Part shown: piece after piece, positions 22,905 to 31,510 of the stretch
How positions within the stretch are numbered: the first letter of the stretch is position 1
Layout: the number at the start of each line of letters is the position of its first letter
The notes under the pieces: generated by a model
Databases searched by the model: none
What the model saw: the letters and a program-made list of their open reading frames with translations, nothing else
Told to the model about the DNA's origin: nothing
Origin: Kiritimatiellia bacterium
GTDB lineage: Bacteria; Verrucomicrobiota; Kiritimatiellia; CAIQIC01; Lenti-01
DNA: 64,000 bases
Direction of reading: 5' to 3'
NCBI GenBank assembly: GCA_050176815.1
Contig: JBFXHR010000009.1
Coordinates: 11,673 to 75,672, forward strand
Made by a program: the position numbers and the translations under genes

Positions 22905-23165
22905 CTACAGCAGGATCCAATTATTCCCGCCAAAGCCGGGCGAGTATACGCTCGGCCCTGTTTGCTTTTCGATGTCGCTGATTATTTCCCGATATTCTCG
23001 AGCGAGCTTTCGCGCCGCTTCAACTTTCTTTCGTTTCGTTTCCATGCCTTTTCCCTCGCCTGCGACATTGGCATGTGCCGCCGATTCAAACAGCGCGGAC
23101 CAGCTGAGAATGCCATCCATTAGTTGCCACCACTCGCGTTCATCCAAGATTACCAATTTCTTCAT
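22905..23165 (-). CDS. Small hypothetical protein
   Basis: 86-aa ORF with protein-like composition in the low-GC patch, convergent with the HNH gene. Confidence 0.45.
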   Translation of the reverse strand: MKKLVILDEREWWQLMDGILSWSALFESAAHANVAGEGKGMETKRKKVEAARKLAREYREIISDIEKQTGPSVYSPGFGGNNWILL

Positions 23166-23270
23166 GAGCACATCGTAGTAGGTCGATGCCCATAGCTCTA
23201 CAGACTATCGTATTCATTGGCGATCCGTCCTCGGCCGGTGAGTCTACCACCCCGCCTGAACGGTTTCGTT

Positions 23271-23373
23271 TTAACCACAGAAAAACCGAAAGGAAAACCT
23301 TGCGGGCCGGGAAAAACGGGACTTTTCCCTCCGCCCCCCCTTCTCTGTGTATCTCTGTGCCCTCTGTGGTAAA
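23271..23373. repeat. 9-mer (CTCTGTG) array with inverted partner
   Basis: TTAACCACAGA ... TCTCTGTGTA TCTCTGTGC CCTCTGTGGTAAA. Confidence 0.6.
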
Positions 23374-23483
23374 CCGTCCCTGTCCCCGCCTCGTCCAGCC
23401 CTCAGACGCGATTGTCATAATTTCCGCCCATGCCCGGACATCTCCGCGTTGAGTTTCCGCCGTGCCTTCGGCATACTGCGCGC

Positions 23484-23708
23484 ATGACAACCGGATCCAG
23501 TTTCCTCCCGCCCGCGGCCGGCCCGGCCCGTTTCAAGGTCGTCCGTTTCCACCTATCCAAGGGCGACGTCGCGTTCGAGGAAACCGTCGGAGCATTCGCC
23601 ACCGAGGCCGAGGCGCAGGCTTTCCGCGAGGAGAAGAACAAGGATTCCTCGACCACGCCCCGCTGGCCCGATTTCGACCAGTACGAGGTATTTCCCATCC
23701 AGCCATGA
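23484..23708 (+). CDS. Small hypothetical protein
   Basis: 74 aa, GC-typical codons, CATACT 6 nt upstream of ATG, ATGA coupling to the next gene. Confidence 0.55.
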   Translation: MTTGSSFLPPAAGPARFKVVRFHLSKGDVAFEETVGAFATEAEAQAFREEKNKDSSTTPRWPDFDQYEVFPIQP

Positions 23709-24007
23709 CGCCCTGCCCCGTCTGTTCCGCACTCGCCGACCTCGAAGAGGGCTACCAGAAATTCGGCTGGCCCGAGCACGACGTGGATTTGCCGCCGGCC
23801 GTCCGGCAATTGGAAGTGGCAAAGGATTTCCGTCCGGGCGCCGAACGCAAAAGGCAACTTCTGCGCTGCCCCCGGTGCGGCACGCACTACCTCTTCGAGA
23901 CGGACTACGAATATTTAACCAACGGGACGGAAGACGAACAGCGCCTCGTGCGCCTCTCCCCCGCACGGGCCGCCGAACTTCTCGACGAACCGTTGCCCGA
24001 GCCATAG
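23705..24007 (+). CDS. Small zinc-binding hypothetical protein
   Basis: CPVC and CPRCG motifs; translationally coupled to the upstream ORF. Confidence 0.65.
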   Translation: MTPCPVCSALADLEEGYQKFGWPEHDVDLPPAVRQLEVAKDFRPGAERKRQLLRCPRCGTHYLFETDYEYLTNGTEDEQRLVRLSPARAAELLDEPLPEP

Positions 24008-24026
24008 GCCGCAACGGTCGGCGCGC

Positions 24027-24052
24027 CGGACGACACGGAGGTCGTCCCTCCA
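24027..24052 (-). repeat. GGAG-footed REP-like hairpin
   Basis: Minus strand GGAG-GGACGAC-ctccgt-GTCGTCC; sister copy at 26749-26774. Confidence 0.7.
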
Positions 24053-24126
24053 TCGCCCGCCGTGGCCGTTTGGATGGCCACCCTCTGCGTCATTCGTTCT
24101 ATTCGCGCAACCCGCAACAGGCTCCC

Positions 24127-24164
24127 CTTTGCGGTCTCTGCGTCCTCTGCGGCAAACCCGGCTG
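24127..24164. repeat. 9-mer array, direct repeat of 26186-26223
   Basis: CTTTGCGGT CTCTGCGTC CTCTGCGGC AAACCCGGCTG vs CTTGGCGAT CTCTGCGTT CTCTGCGGC AAAACCGGCTG. Confidence 0.75.
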
Positions 24165-24169
24165 ATTTT

Positions 24170-25432
24170 TCAATGCGCCCACACCGTCGGCAGGCCGTTC
24201 CAGTCGGTGGTATAGGCGGGCGATTTGCGGCGCTGGCGCATGCGCCACTTGTCGCTGAGCAGTTCGCTGGCGTAGCGGACGGCGCGACGGGCGGGTTCGC
24301 GGTTCAGGGCGTCGAGGCGGTCCATCAGGCGGTCGGTGCGCGCGTCGTCGGCGGGCTGCGAAGAAAACAGCAGGCCCTGCTCGGCGCCGTCGGGCTCGAG
24401 ATCGGGCAGCAGGACGCCGGCCTTCTGGTAGGCCAGTCCCGGGCGGAAAATCCGCGCCAGTCCCTCCTGCGCGGCGCGCGCCAGCTTGCCCGTGTCGCGC
24501 GTGGGCCGATCCAGGACCATCGTGACGACGGCGGTGCGAAACGGCTCCGTTGGGTCGAACGGGTTGGTCTGCAGAAACGTCGTCGCGGCCCGCGCCCGCA
24601 GCTTCTGCCGCCGCAGCTTTTCGCCCGCGCGCGCGGCGAACGCCGCCACCGCGCCCTGCAGGTCCTCCAGGCGCGCCAGCCGCTCGCCGAAGCTGCGCGA
24701 GACGAGGATCTGCTTCCGCGGCGGCGGAACGAGTTCCAACGGTAGGCACGAAACGCCCGCCAGTTCGCGCCCGACGCGTTCCAGCACGACGCCGCCCGTC
24801 TGGCGCAGGACGCGCGGATCGGCCTCGGCCAGCGCGCGGGCGGTGCCGATCCCCAGCGCCCGCAGGCGCGCCCCCCAGCGGGCCGCCACGCCCCAGACGT
24901 CTTCCACCGCCAGCCCCGCGAGGGTCGCGCGCGGATCGGGCAGCCGCTCCCACTCCAGCACCGGAACCGCGCCCCGCTTCGCCAGGCGGTTCGCCGCCTT
25001 CGCCAGCGTTTTCGTCGGCCCGATCCCCACCGACACAGGAATGCCGGTCCATTGCTTCACGGTGCGCGCGAGCTCCCGCCCGAGCGCGGTCCGGTCGCCG
25101 CGCATGCCGGAGAGGTCGAGAAAGCTTTCGTCGATGGAATAGACTTCGAGGCGCGGGCAGAAGTCGGCCAGGACCTGCATGACGCGCCGGGACAGGTCGC
25201 CGTAGAGCGCGTAGTTGGACGAGAACACCGCGACGCCCGCCCCGCGCAGTCCGGCCTCCAGCTTGAACCACGGCTTGGCCATGGGAATGCCCAGGGCCTT
25301 CGCCTCGGCGCTGCGGGCGACGACGCAGCCGTCGTTGTTCGACAGCACGACGACGGGCTTGCCCTCCAGCGCGGGGCGGAACACGCGCTCGCAGGAGGCG
25401 TAGAAGTTGTTGCAGTCCACGAGCGCGAACAC
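24170..25432 (-). CDS. umuC: Y-family DNA polymerase V subunit UmuC
   Basis: [54 protein letters not shown]. Confidence 0.95.
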   Translation of the reverse strand: MFALVDCNNFYASCERVFRPALEGKPVVVLSNNDGCVVARSAEAKALGIPMAKPWFKLEAGLRGAGVAVFSSNYALYGDLSRRVMQVLADFCPRLEVYSIDESFLDLSGMRGDRTALGRELARTVKQWTGIPVSVGIGPTKTLAKAANRLAKRGAVPVLEWERLPDPRATLAGLAVEDVWGVAARWGARLRALGIGTARALAEADPRVLRQTGGVVLERVGRELAGVSCLPLELVPPPRKQILVSRSFGERLARLEDLQGAVAAFAARAGEKLRRQKLRARAATTFLQTNPFDPTEPFRTAVVTMVLDRPTRDTGKLARAAQEGLARIFRPGLAYQKAGVLLPDLEPDGAEQGLLFSSQPADDARTDRLMDRLDALNREPARRAVRYASELLSDKWRMRQRRKSPAYTTDWNGLPTVWAH

Positions 25433-25444
25433 GGCGCCCTCCCG

Positions 25445-25897
25445 TCAGTACGAGCGGATGGCGTGCGCCACGACGCCCCAGACCGTCAGCTCGGCGCCCT
25501 CGCGCACCACGATGGGCGGATAGGCCGGGTTCTCCGCCTCCAGCCGCACCCCCTGCCGGCCGATGCGCAGGCGCTTCACCGTCAGCGCCCCGTCCACCAC
25601 CGCGACGACGATGGACCCCGTCCGCGCTTCCCGCGCGCGGTCCACCACCAGCAAGTCGCCGTCGTGGATGCCCGCGCCAGCCATCGAGTCGCCTTCCACC
25701 CGCACGACGAACGTCGCCGCCGGGTGCGCCACCAGATGCGCGTTGAGATCGAGAGGCCCTTCCAAATGGTCGTCCGCCGGCGACGGAAATCCCGCCGCCA
25801 CCCGGCAGGCGTACTGCCGCAGGGGGCACGGCGGCGCGGACGCGGCCACGGGGCGCAAACCCCGGACGGAACCAACAAGCTGAACGGCGGTGCGCAT
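25445..25897 (-). CDS. umuD: UmuD (S24 peptidase)
   Basis: VAAGFPSPA cleavage site, GDSM catalytic Ser, TVKRL catalytic Lys; upstream of umuC. Confidence 0.93.
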   Translation of the reverse strand: MRTAVQLVGSVRGLRPVAASAPPCPLRQYACRVAAGFPSPADDHLEGPLDLNAHLVAHPAATFVVRVEGDSMAGAGIHDGDLLVVDRAREARTGSIVVAVVDGALTVKRLRIGRQGVRLEAENPAYPPIVVREGAELTVWGVVAHAIRSY

Positions 25898-25900
25898 AAC

Positions 25901-25945
25901 TGAACTTTCGTTCACCAACATACGCCCCGCGACGGGCGGCGGCAA
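25901..25945 (-). promoter_or_regulatory. umuDC promoter with LexA-type operator
   Basis: TTGCCG-N17-TATGTT (25945..25917) followed by palindrome TGAAC-N4-GTTCA (25901-25914). Confidence 0.7.
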
Positions 25946-26012
25946 GTGCCGCGAAAACGCGATTTTATCCAATTGGCGTGCAAGGTGTTGCGAAACCGGC
26001 AGCCCGAAGAAC

Positions 26013-26078
26013 GGCGCGCTGGGCCAGCGCGCCCTACCTTTGGGGATCCATGGGTAGGGCGGTTTCGCCGAAACCGCC
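26013..26078. repeat. Inverted doublet of GTAG-family REPs
   Basis: GGCGCGCTG-ggc-CAGCGCGCC-CTAC ... GTAG-GGCGGTTTC-gcc-GAAACCGCC. Confidence 0.8.
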
Positions 26079-26090
26079 GCCGGTTCGACG

Positions 26091-26157
26091 TTGGATATTG
26101 GGATTCCCGTTCCCCTGCCAGGTCACCGCCCGGGCCTACCGAAATTCATCCGCCCGG
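26091..26157. repeat. Heptamer+REP repeat copy C
   Basis: Direct repeat of 26820-26885; REP core GCCAGGTCA-CGCCC-GGCCTAC is also shared with copies A/B. Confidence 0.8.
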
Positions 26158-26234
26158 ACGCCGCCCGGCGCGGCGCCCCACCCCGCTTGGCGATCTCTGC
26201 GTTCTCTGCGGCAAAACCGGCTGTTTCCCGGCCG

Positions 26235-26591
26235 CTACAGCTCGGTGTACTTCTTGGCGCTGCCTTTGGATTTGCGGACGGGATATTTGCGGGCGTTGAC
26301 CCGGATTTTCTTGCGGATTTCCGTCGGCAGGTCGAGATCCATGCGGTCGGCCAGCAGGAGGGCGTAGTTGACGACGTCGGCCAGTTCCTGGGCGATGGCC
26401 TTGCGGCGCTTCCGGTCGCGGATGCGCGCTTCGCATTCGGCGTCGGTGCACCACAGGAATTGCTCCTGCAGCTCGGCGGCCTCGATGGCCAGGCCGGCCA
26501 CGAGATTCTTCGGCGTGTGGAACTGCTTCCAGTCCCGGGCGTCGCGGAACTTCACCACTTCGTCCCGCAGGCTTTTCCAGTCGTTGTTCAT
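26235..26591 (-). CDS. MazG-like nucleotide pyrophosphohydrolase (dCTPase-like)
   Basis: FRDARDWKQFHTPKNL, EAAELQE, ELADV, KI..NARKYP. Confidence 0.92.
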   Translation of the reverse strand: MNNDWKSLRDEVVKFRDARDWKQFHTPKNLVAGLAIEAAELQEQFLWCTDAECEARIRDRKRRKAIAQELADVVNYALLLADRMDLDLPTEIRKKIRVNARKYPVRKSKGSAKKYTEL

Positions 26592-26643
26592 GGGGCGGGA
26601 ATCTACCAGTCGTCCGCGCGCGCGGCCAGTCCAAAGCCGTTGG

Positions 26644-26774
26644 GTCCGAGGTCCGATGAGAGTCGAGGGCCGAGATCCGAGGTCTGAAAGACCGAGAGCC
26701 GAGATCCGCGTAATCCGCGCAATCCGTAGCTGGCGGTTCGTTTTGCATCGGTCGGCACGGAGGCCGCCCCTCCA
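26644..26774. repeat. Mixed heptamer (nnCCGAG) array, 9-mer (ATCCGCGYA) array and GGAG-REP
   Basis: GTCCGAG GTCCGAT ... GGCCGAG ATCCGAG ... AGCCGAG ATCCGCGTA ATCCGCGCA ATCCGTAGC. Confidence 0.7.
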
Positions 26775-26791
26775 GAAAACCGCATGCCACC

Positions 26792-26885
26792 TTTAAAATT
26801 GGATGTTGGACCTTGGTTATTGGACATTGAGATCCCCGTTCCCCGCCAGGTCAGCGCCCTGGCCTACAGAAATCCGTCCGCCCGG
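26792..26885. repeat. Heptamer+REP repeat copy D
   Basis: TTGGATG TTGGACC TTGGTTA TTGGACA TTGAGAT then GCCAGGTCAGCGCCCTGGCCTAC. Confidence 0.8.
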
Positions 26886-26966
26886 TCGGCCGCTGCGGCG
26901 CGGTGTTCGGACTGCGGCGGCAAATTCGGGCTGTTTCTCCGGGCCGTTTTTGGGAGAATGCCCCCG

Positions 26967-27497
26967 ATGAGCGACCCGGGCGAAATCTTCGAACTGTACT
27001 CTCCCGACGAGTACCGCGTGATCGGCCGCGCGACGCGCGGCGAATGCCACGCGGACAAGTCGCTCATCCACGCCGTGGCGCGCATCCACGTCTGGGATGC
27101 GCAGGGCCGCCTGCTGCTGCAGCGGCGCTCGCTGTCCAAGGACATCCAGCCCGGCAAGTGGGACCTGGCCGTCGGCGGGCACCTCCTGCCCGGCGAGGAA
27201 GCCGAGGCCGCCGCGCGCCGCGAGATGCGCGAGGAACTCGGCGTGGAGGCCGGCGATCTGCTCTTCCTGCACCGCTTCCTAATGCGCTCGCCCGTCGAAA
27301 GCGAATGGGTCACCACCTTCGCCACCGTCCATCCCGGGCCGTTTGCGCCCGATCCCGGCGAAATCGACGAGGTGCGGTTCTGGACCTGCGCGGAGATCGA
27401 GGCCGCCCTAGGCTCCGGCCGGTTCTCCCCCGCGCTCGAAGACGAATACCGCCGCTTGCCCCGGACCGAAGGAGGTTTTCCGTGCCCGCCAAAATGA
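26967..27497 (+). CDS. NUDIX hydrolase (Idi/YfcD-like)
   Basis: LLLQRRS..KD..PGKWD.AVGGH...GEEAEAAARREMREELG Nudix box. Confidence 0.9.
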   Translation: MSDPGEIFELYSPDEYRVIGRATRGECHADKSLIHAVARIHVWDAQGRLLLQRRSLSKDIQPGKWDLAVGGHLLPGEEAEAAARREMREELGVEAGDLLFLHRFLMRSPVESEWVTTFATVHPGPFAPDPGEIDEVRFWTCAEIEAALGSGRFSPALEDEYRRLPRTEGGFPCPPK

Positions 27498-28030
27498 CCT
27501 TGGGCGACATGGCCAAGGCGTTGAACCGATCGAACGTCTATTTGACCAGCCTCCAGAAGCGGTTCGAGCTGCCGGTGCTGGAAGGTGCCGCCTATGCCCC
27601 GGCCTATTTCGCGCTCCTGCGCAAGATCGTCCACCTGAGCCTCCTCGGCATCGCCGAAAAAGACCTCGTCGAACTCTGGAAGACGGAAAAGCACCTGCTG
27701 CAACTTCTCCATTTCGACGCCGCGGGCTCGGCGACCTGGTATCTCGACGAATGCGCCCATGCCCGCCATCCCGAACGACGCCTTCTGCTGACGCATCACG
27801 ATCTCGGCCCGGAATTCCTGAAAAAAACGCTGCAACCCCGGCTCGATTTCGCGCCGGCCCCCCGCGGTCTCTTTTCCCACAAGGAAGTGGGCGACGACGT
27901 CCGCCGCGTGTTGGACCGCTATCTCTCGCTCTACGCCGAAATCCAGTCGCAGGCCGTCGCCGAATCCGCGCAGCTCCGCAACGCCCTGCGCTGGTTCCCG
28001 CGCATCCGCCCCCCGCGCAAGCGCCCCTAG
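27494..28030 (+). CDS. Hypothetical protein with N-terminal HTH-like segment
   Basis: MTLGDMAKALNRSNVYL...; ATGA overlap with the NUDIX stop; GC-typical codons. Confidence 0.7.
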   Translation: MTLGDMAKALNRSNVYLTSLQKRFELPVLEGAAYAPAYFALLRKIVHLSLLGIAEKDLVELWKTEKHLLQLLHFDAAGSATWYLDECAHARHPERRLLLTHHDLGPEFLKKTLQPRLDFAPAPRGLFSHKEVGDDVRRVLDRYLSLYAEIQSQAVAESAQLRNALRWFPRIRPPRKRP

Positions 28031-28047
28031 CCATCGACCGCGCCGGC

Positions 28048-31000
28048 CTATTCGTTCAGCACGCGGATCCTGTAGAGACGGAATTCGTAGGAACCCTCCG
28101 GCGGCACGTGGGTGAATTCGTTGGTAAACGCCATGATCGAAGAAACCCCGTAGCCGGCCGGATCGACTTCCTCGGCCAGCGGCCGCACGACGGACTGGAC
28201 GTCCAGCGGAACAAGGCGGTCGCTGTATTCGACGCGGTAGCGCGTGCCCCCCACGGAATTCCACCGCAGGACGGAAACGTCTCCGGTCTCGAACGGCAAC
28301 AGGCGAAGAACCGAATTGCTGTCGCGCGGATCGGTGTTCGCCCAGTATTCGTCGCCGGCGGGAACGCCGTCGCCATCCGAGTCGTCCAAATCCGAGACCA
28401 GGTTGGTGTAGTGCTCGATTTCCCAGTCGTCCGGCAGGCCATTGGCGTTGGCGTCGGCCGGCGGCGGCATCGCAAAGGTCGCGGTGGCGACGGCGCTGGT
28501 GAGCGATCCGTCCGAAACGACGAAATCCACGGCGTCGGTGCCGACGAAGCCGTGCACCGGCGCATAGACCGCCTCGCCGCTGGCCGCCGACAGCAGCGTG
28601 AAGAAGCCATGGGCCGGCTCGCTCTTCGCCTCGAAGGCCAGCGGCTGGCCGTCCGCATCGCTGCCGCCCAGCGTGAAGTTCGTCGGCGCGAAGCCGGACA
28701 GCTGGAGGTTGGTGGTCCACGCCGTCGGCGCGCGGTTGCTGAAGACGGTGCAGTCGCAGCTCTGCTGATCGGTTACGGCGCGGATCGACCAGCACAGGTT
28801 CGTCCCGACGTTCTTGGCGTAGGAATCCTTCATGCGCAGGCGCCAAATCCCGTTCACCGGCTTGCCGTTGAACGTATCCAGCGAGCCTTCCGGACGGTAG
28901 GTTCCCGCGAACGGCGCGCTGCCGTTGGTGATGGAAAGGGCGGCGGACTGGTCCAGCACCGTGTAGACCGCCGATCCGCATTCGCCCGTCCCGAAGTTGT
29001 CGTAGCGGCTGCCGCGCCGGTTCACCAGCAGCACTTCCGAACCATCGGGATGCTGCAGCGCCAGCACCAGGTCCTTGTCGTAGGTGTGGTCGATGCGAAT
29101 CCACACGTCGACGTCGCGGACGGCGTTGCTGCCCGCCAGGTCGATCGCCAGATCGGAATAGGTCGTGGAGGCGTCCGCGATCGCCATCGGCCCGTTCGTG
29201 CTTTCGAACAGGTTGGTGGTCGGCGGCTGGTATACGGACTGCCCGACCACGTGGTCGAAGACGTTGGTCAGCATCTGCCCGTTGACGGCCACGGCCAGTT
29301 GGAAGCGGAGAACGGTTCCGCACGCCAGGGAGGGATCGAGACCGTATTCGAAGACCGTTCCGTTGGTCGCGGCCGCGTCCGGAGCCATCGGGGGATAAGC
29401 CGACGCCCCCTGCACGATCGAAAGGCCCGGCGTCAGGGCCGTCAGCGTGGCGACCACGCCCGTCGCGGCGACGGACGATTTGTTCCAGAGGACGATTTGC
29501 TCGCGGATCGTTTCGCCCGGATCCAGCACGCCGTCGCCGTTGCCGGCGGGCAGGTCGCTGGACGCCGTTTCGCGCAACATCATGCCCGTCCGAGGGGTTT
29601 TCGAGAAAACCAGCGCGCTGTAGGGCCCGATCGTCACCGGTCCCGTCGCCGGCGTCCCCGCCGCCAACACCTCGGCGCTGCCGTAGTCGCCATAGTCGGC
29701 GGCATAGTTCGTCGAATCGCTGTTGAACAGCGCGTACCAGGTTCCCGCCGACGGGAACTGCACCGTGAAATTGCTGCGCACCGTGTTCGCGAAATTCCCC
29801 ACCACCACCGCGACGTCCCCCGTGGCGGCGCTGTCCCAGCGGCTGTAGGCGATCAGCTTGTTGCCGTTGTCCACCTGGTAGGTGCTGACGGAATCGCCCA
29901 TCAGGCCCGCCGAAACCCCGTCCAGGTTGCGCCGCAGGCGGATCAAGTCGCGATAGAGCCGCCAGTTCCCCGCCTGGCTGTTCGTGCGCGTCCAATCCAT
30001 CCGCCGCGTGTCGCTGAACTGGTTCGTCTCCAAGACCTCCTGCCCCTGCCAGATCATGGGCGTTCCGGGCGACGTCATCGCCAACACCTGGCCCAGCTGG
30101 GAACGCTTGCGCGCGTAGTAGCCTTCCGGCTCGGCCTCGTGGATCGCCGTCGGAAGGCGGGCCCCGCCGTTGAGATCGCCCGTCGTGTCGTGCGACTCGG
30201 TAAAGACGATCCGCGCCGCCGTCCCCGCCACGTTTCGCGCCACCGTGGGCATGTCGCGGGCGGAATCCTCCCCCTGGACCAGCACGCTCTTGATCTCCCA
30301 GGCGAACGACAGATCCCAGTAGTAGTCGAAGCCACCGATTTCCTTCGTGTCTTCCGCGATATTCCAGATGCCCGAATAGTTCGTCGCCATCAGGCTCAGC
30401 GCGTTGGTCACCATCAGCAGCCCGTTGGTGATGAAGATCCCGTTGGTCGTGTAGATGATGTGGTTCGGCGCGTCCCAGCGGAACCCGCTGATGTGGTATT
30501 CGTCCAGCCACATCCGGAACGTGTCGTTGATGTACTCCCGCACTTCTTGCCGGGCGTAGTCCGGCCGCGGCCCCCACGGCGTATAGGTGTAGGGATCGCT
30601 GGCGTAGAAATACGGTCCAGGCGCGGTGCCGTCGATCTCCCACAGCGACGAGCCCCCGTCCCAATGGTTGTGCACCACGTCCATCATCGTCACCAGCCCG
30701 CGCCGGTGCGCCTCCTGGACGAGGGACCGCAAGTCGTCCGGCGTCCCGTAGTTCTGTTCCACCGCGAACGGATAGGCCGGGTTGTAGCCCCAGCTCGTCG
30801 CGCTCGGAAATTCGTTGATCGGCATCAGCTCGATCGCCGTCGCCCCCAGCTCCGCCAGATAGTCCAGCCGGCCGGCAAACGCCGAGAACGTGCCGGTCGT
30901 CTCCGGAAAGGTTCCCACGTGCGCCTCGTAGATCACCAGGTCCCGCGCATTGGTGATGCTCGCCAAATCGCCGTTCCAGACGAAGGCGTTGGTCGGCGCG

Positions 31001-31365
31001 ACGATCGAGTTGTCGTTGTCCGCCGAATCGATGATCCGGCTGCGGGGATCGCTGCGCCACAGCGATCCATTCACGACGAACTTATAGGCGTGGTTCGTCC
31101 GCGCCGCCGGCACGTCCGCCGACCACGTTCCCGACGTCGCGCCTTCCTCCACGAGCGGATGCGCCGTCGAACTCCACCCGTTGAACGCACCCGCCACGCT
31201 CACGCCGGTCGCCGCGGGGGCCCACATCCGGAACGTCACCCCCGTCCCCGACGCTTCCGCATACGGGATGGAACCCCATCCCGGCCGACTCGATTGCGCC
31301 AGGGCCGTTCCTGCCCCGCTCAAGGCAAAAACGAAAACGCAACGCCCAATGGCTTGGCGGATCAT
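28048..31365 (-). CDS. Secreted GH13 alpha-glucan enzyme (CBM48-GH13, P-domain, Ig-like, C-terminal domain)
   Basis: Signal peptide; FRMWAPAA, WGYNP, DVVHNH, GFRWDA, IAED, TESHD; IDHTYDKDL P-domain; DSDGDG motif. Confidence 0.88.
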   Translation of the reverse strand: MIRQAIGRCVFVFALSGAGTALAQSSRPGWGSIPYAEASGTGVTFRMWAPAATGVSVAGAFNGWSSTAHPLVEEGATSGTWSADVPAARTNHAYKFVVNGSLWRSDPRSRIIDSADNDNSIVAPTNAFVWNGDLASITNARDLVIYEAHVGTFPETTGTFSAFAGRLDYLAELGATAIELMPINEFPSATSWGYNPAYPFAVEQNYGTPDDLRSLVQEAHRRGLVTMMDVVHNHWDGGSSLWEIDGTAPGPYFYASDPYTYTPWGPRPDYARQEVREYINDTFRMWLDEYHISGFRWDAPNHIIYTTNGIFITNGLLMVTNALSLMATNYSGIWNIAEDTKEIGGFDYYWDLSFAWEIKSVLVQGEDSARDMPTVARNVAGTAARIVFTESHDTTGDLNGGARLPTAIHEAEPEGYYARKRSQLGQVLAMTSPGTPMIWQGQEVLETNQFSDTRRMDWTRTNSQAGNWRLYRDLIRLRRNLDGVSAGLMGDSVSTYQVDNGNKLIAYSRWDSAATGDVAVVVGNFANTVRSNFTVQFPSAGTWYALFNSDSTNYAADYGDYGSAEVLAAGTPATGPVTIGPYSALVFSKTPRTGMMLRETASSDLPAGNGDGVLDPGETIREQIVLWNKSSVAATGVVATLTALTPGLSIVQGASAYPPMAPDAAATNGTVFEYGLDPSLACGTVLRFQLAVAVNGQMLTNVFDHVVGQSVYQPPTTNLFESTNGPMAIADASTTYSDLAIDLAGSNAVRDVDVWIRIDHTYDKDLVLALQHPDGSEVLLVNRRGSRYDNFGTGECGSAVYTVLDQSAALSITNGSAPFAGTYRPEGSLDTFNGKPVNGIWRLRMKDSYAKNVGTNLCWSIRAVTDQQSCDCTVFSNRAPTAWTTNLQLSGFAPTNFTLGGSDADGQPLAFEAKSEPAHGFFTLLSAASGEAVYAPVHGFVGTDAVDFVVSDGSLTSAVATATFAMPPPADANANGLPDDWEIEHYTNLVSDLDDSDGDGVPAGDEYWANTDPRDSNSVLRLLPFETGDVSVLRWNSVGGTRYRVEYSDRLVPLDVQSVVRPLAEEVDPAGYGVSSIMAFTNEFTHVPPEGSYEFRLYRIRVLNE

Positions 31366-31510
31366 CCAACCGCCCTGGGATGATAAAGCGTTTTCATTCC
31401 GCCGAAACCATATCCAACCCCCGGCCAAATGCAAACCCGCGGTGAATGTATTTTTAATATATTATTCCATGTTTTTGCATTTTCCGCGATCAGAAGTAAC
31501 ATACTAGACA

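Noticed and set aside
20865-26885. CRISPR array or integron attC array
   Set aside because: No constant repeat with unique equal-length spacers, no cas or intI gene, and no RYYYAAC...GTTRRRY cores seen at gene ends.
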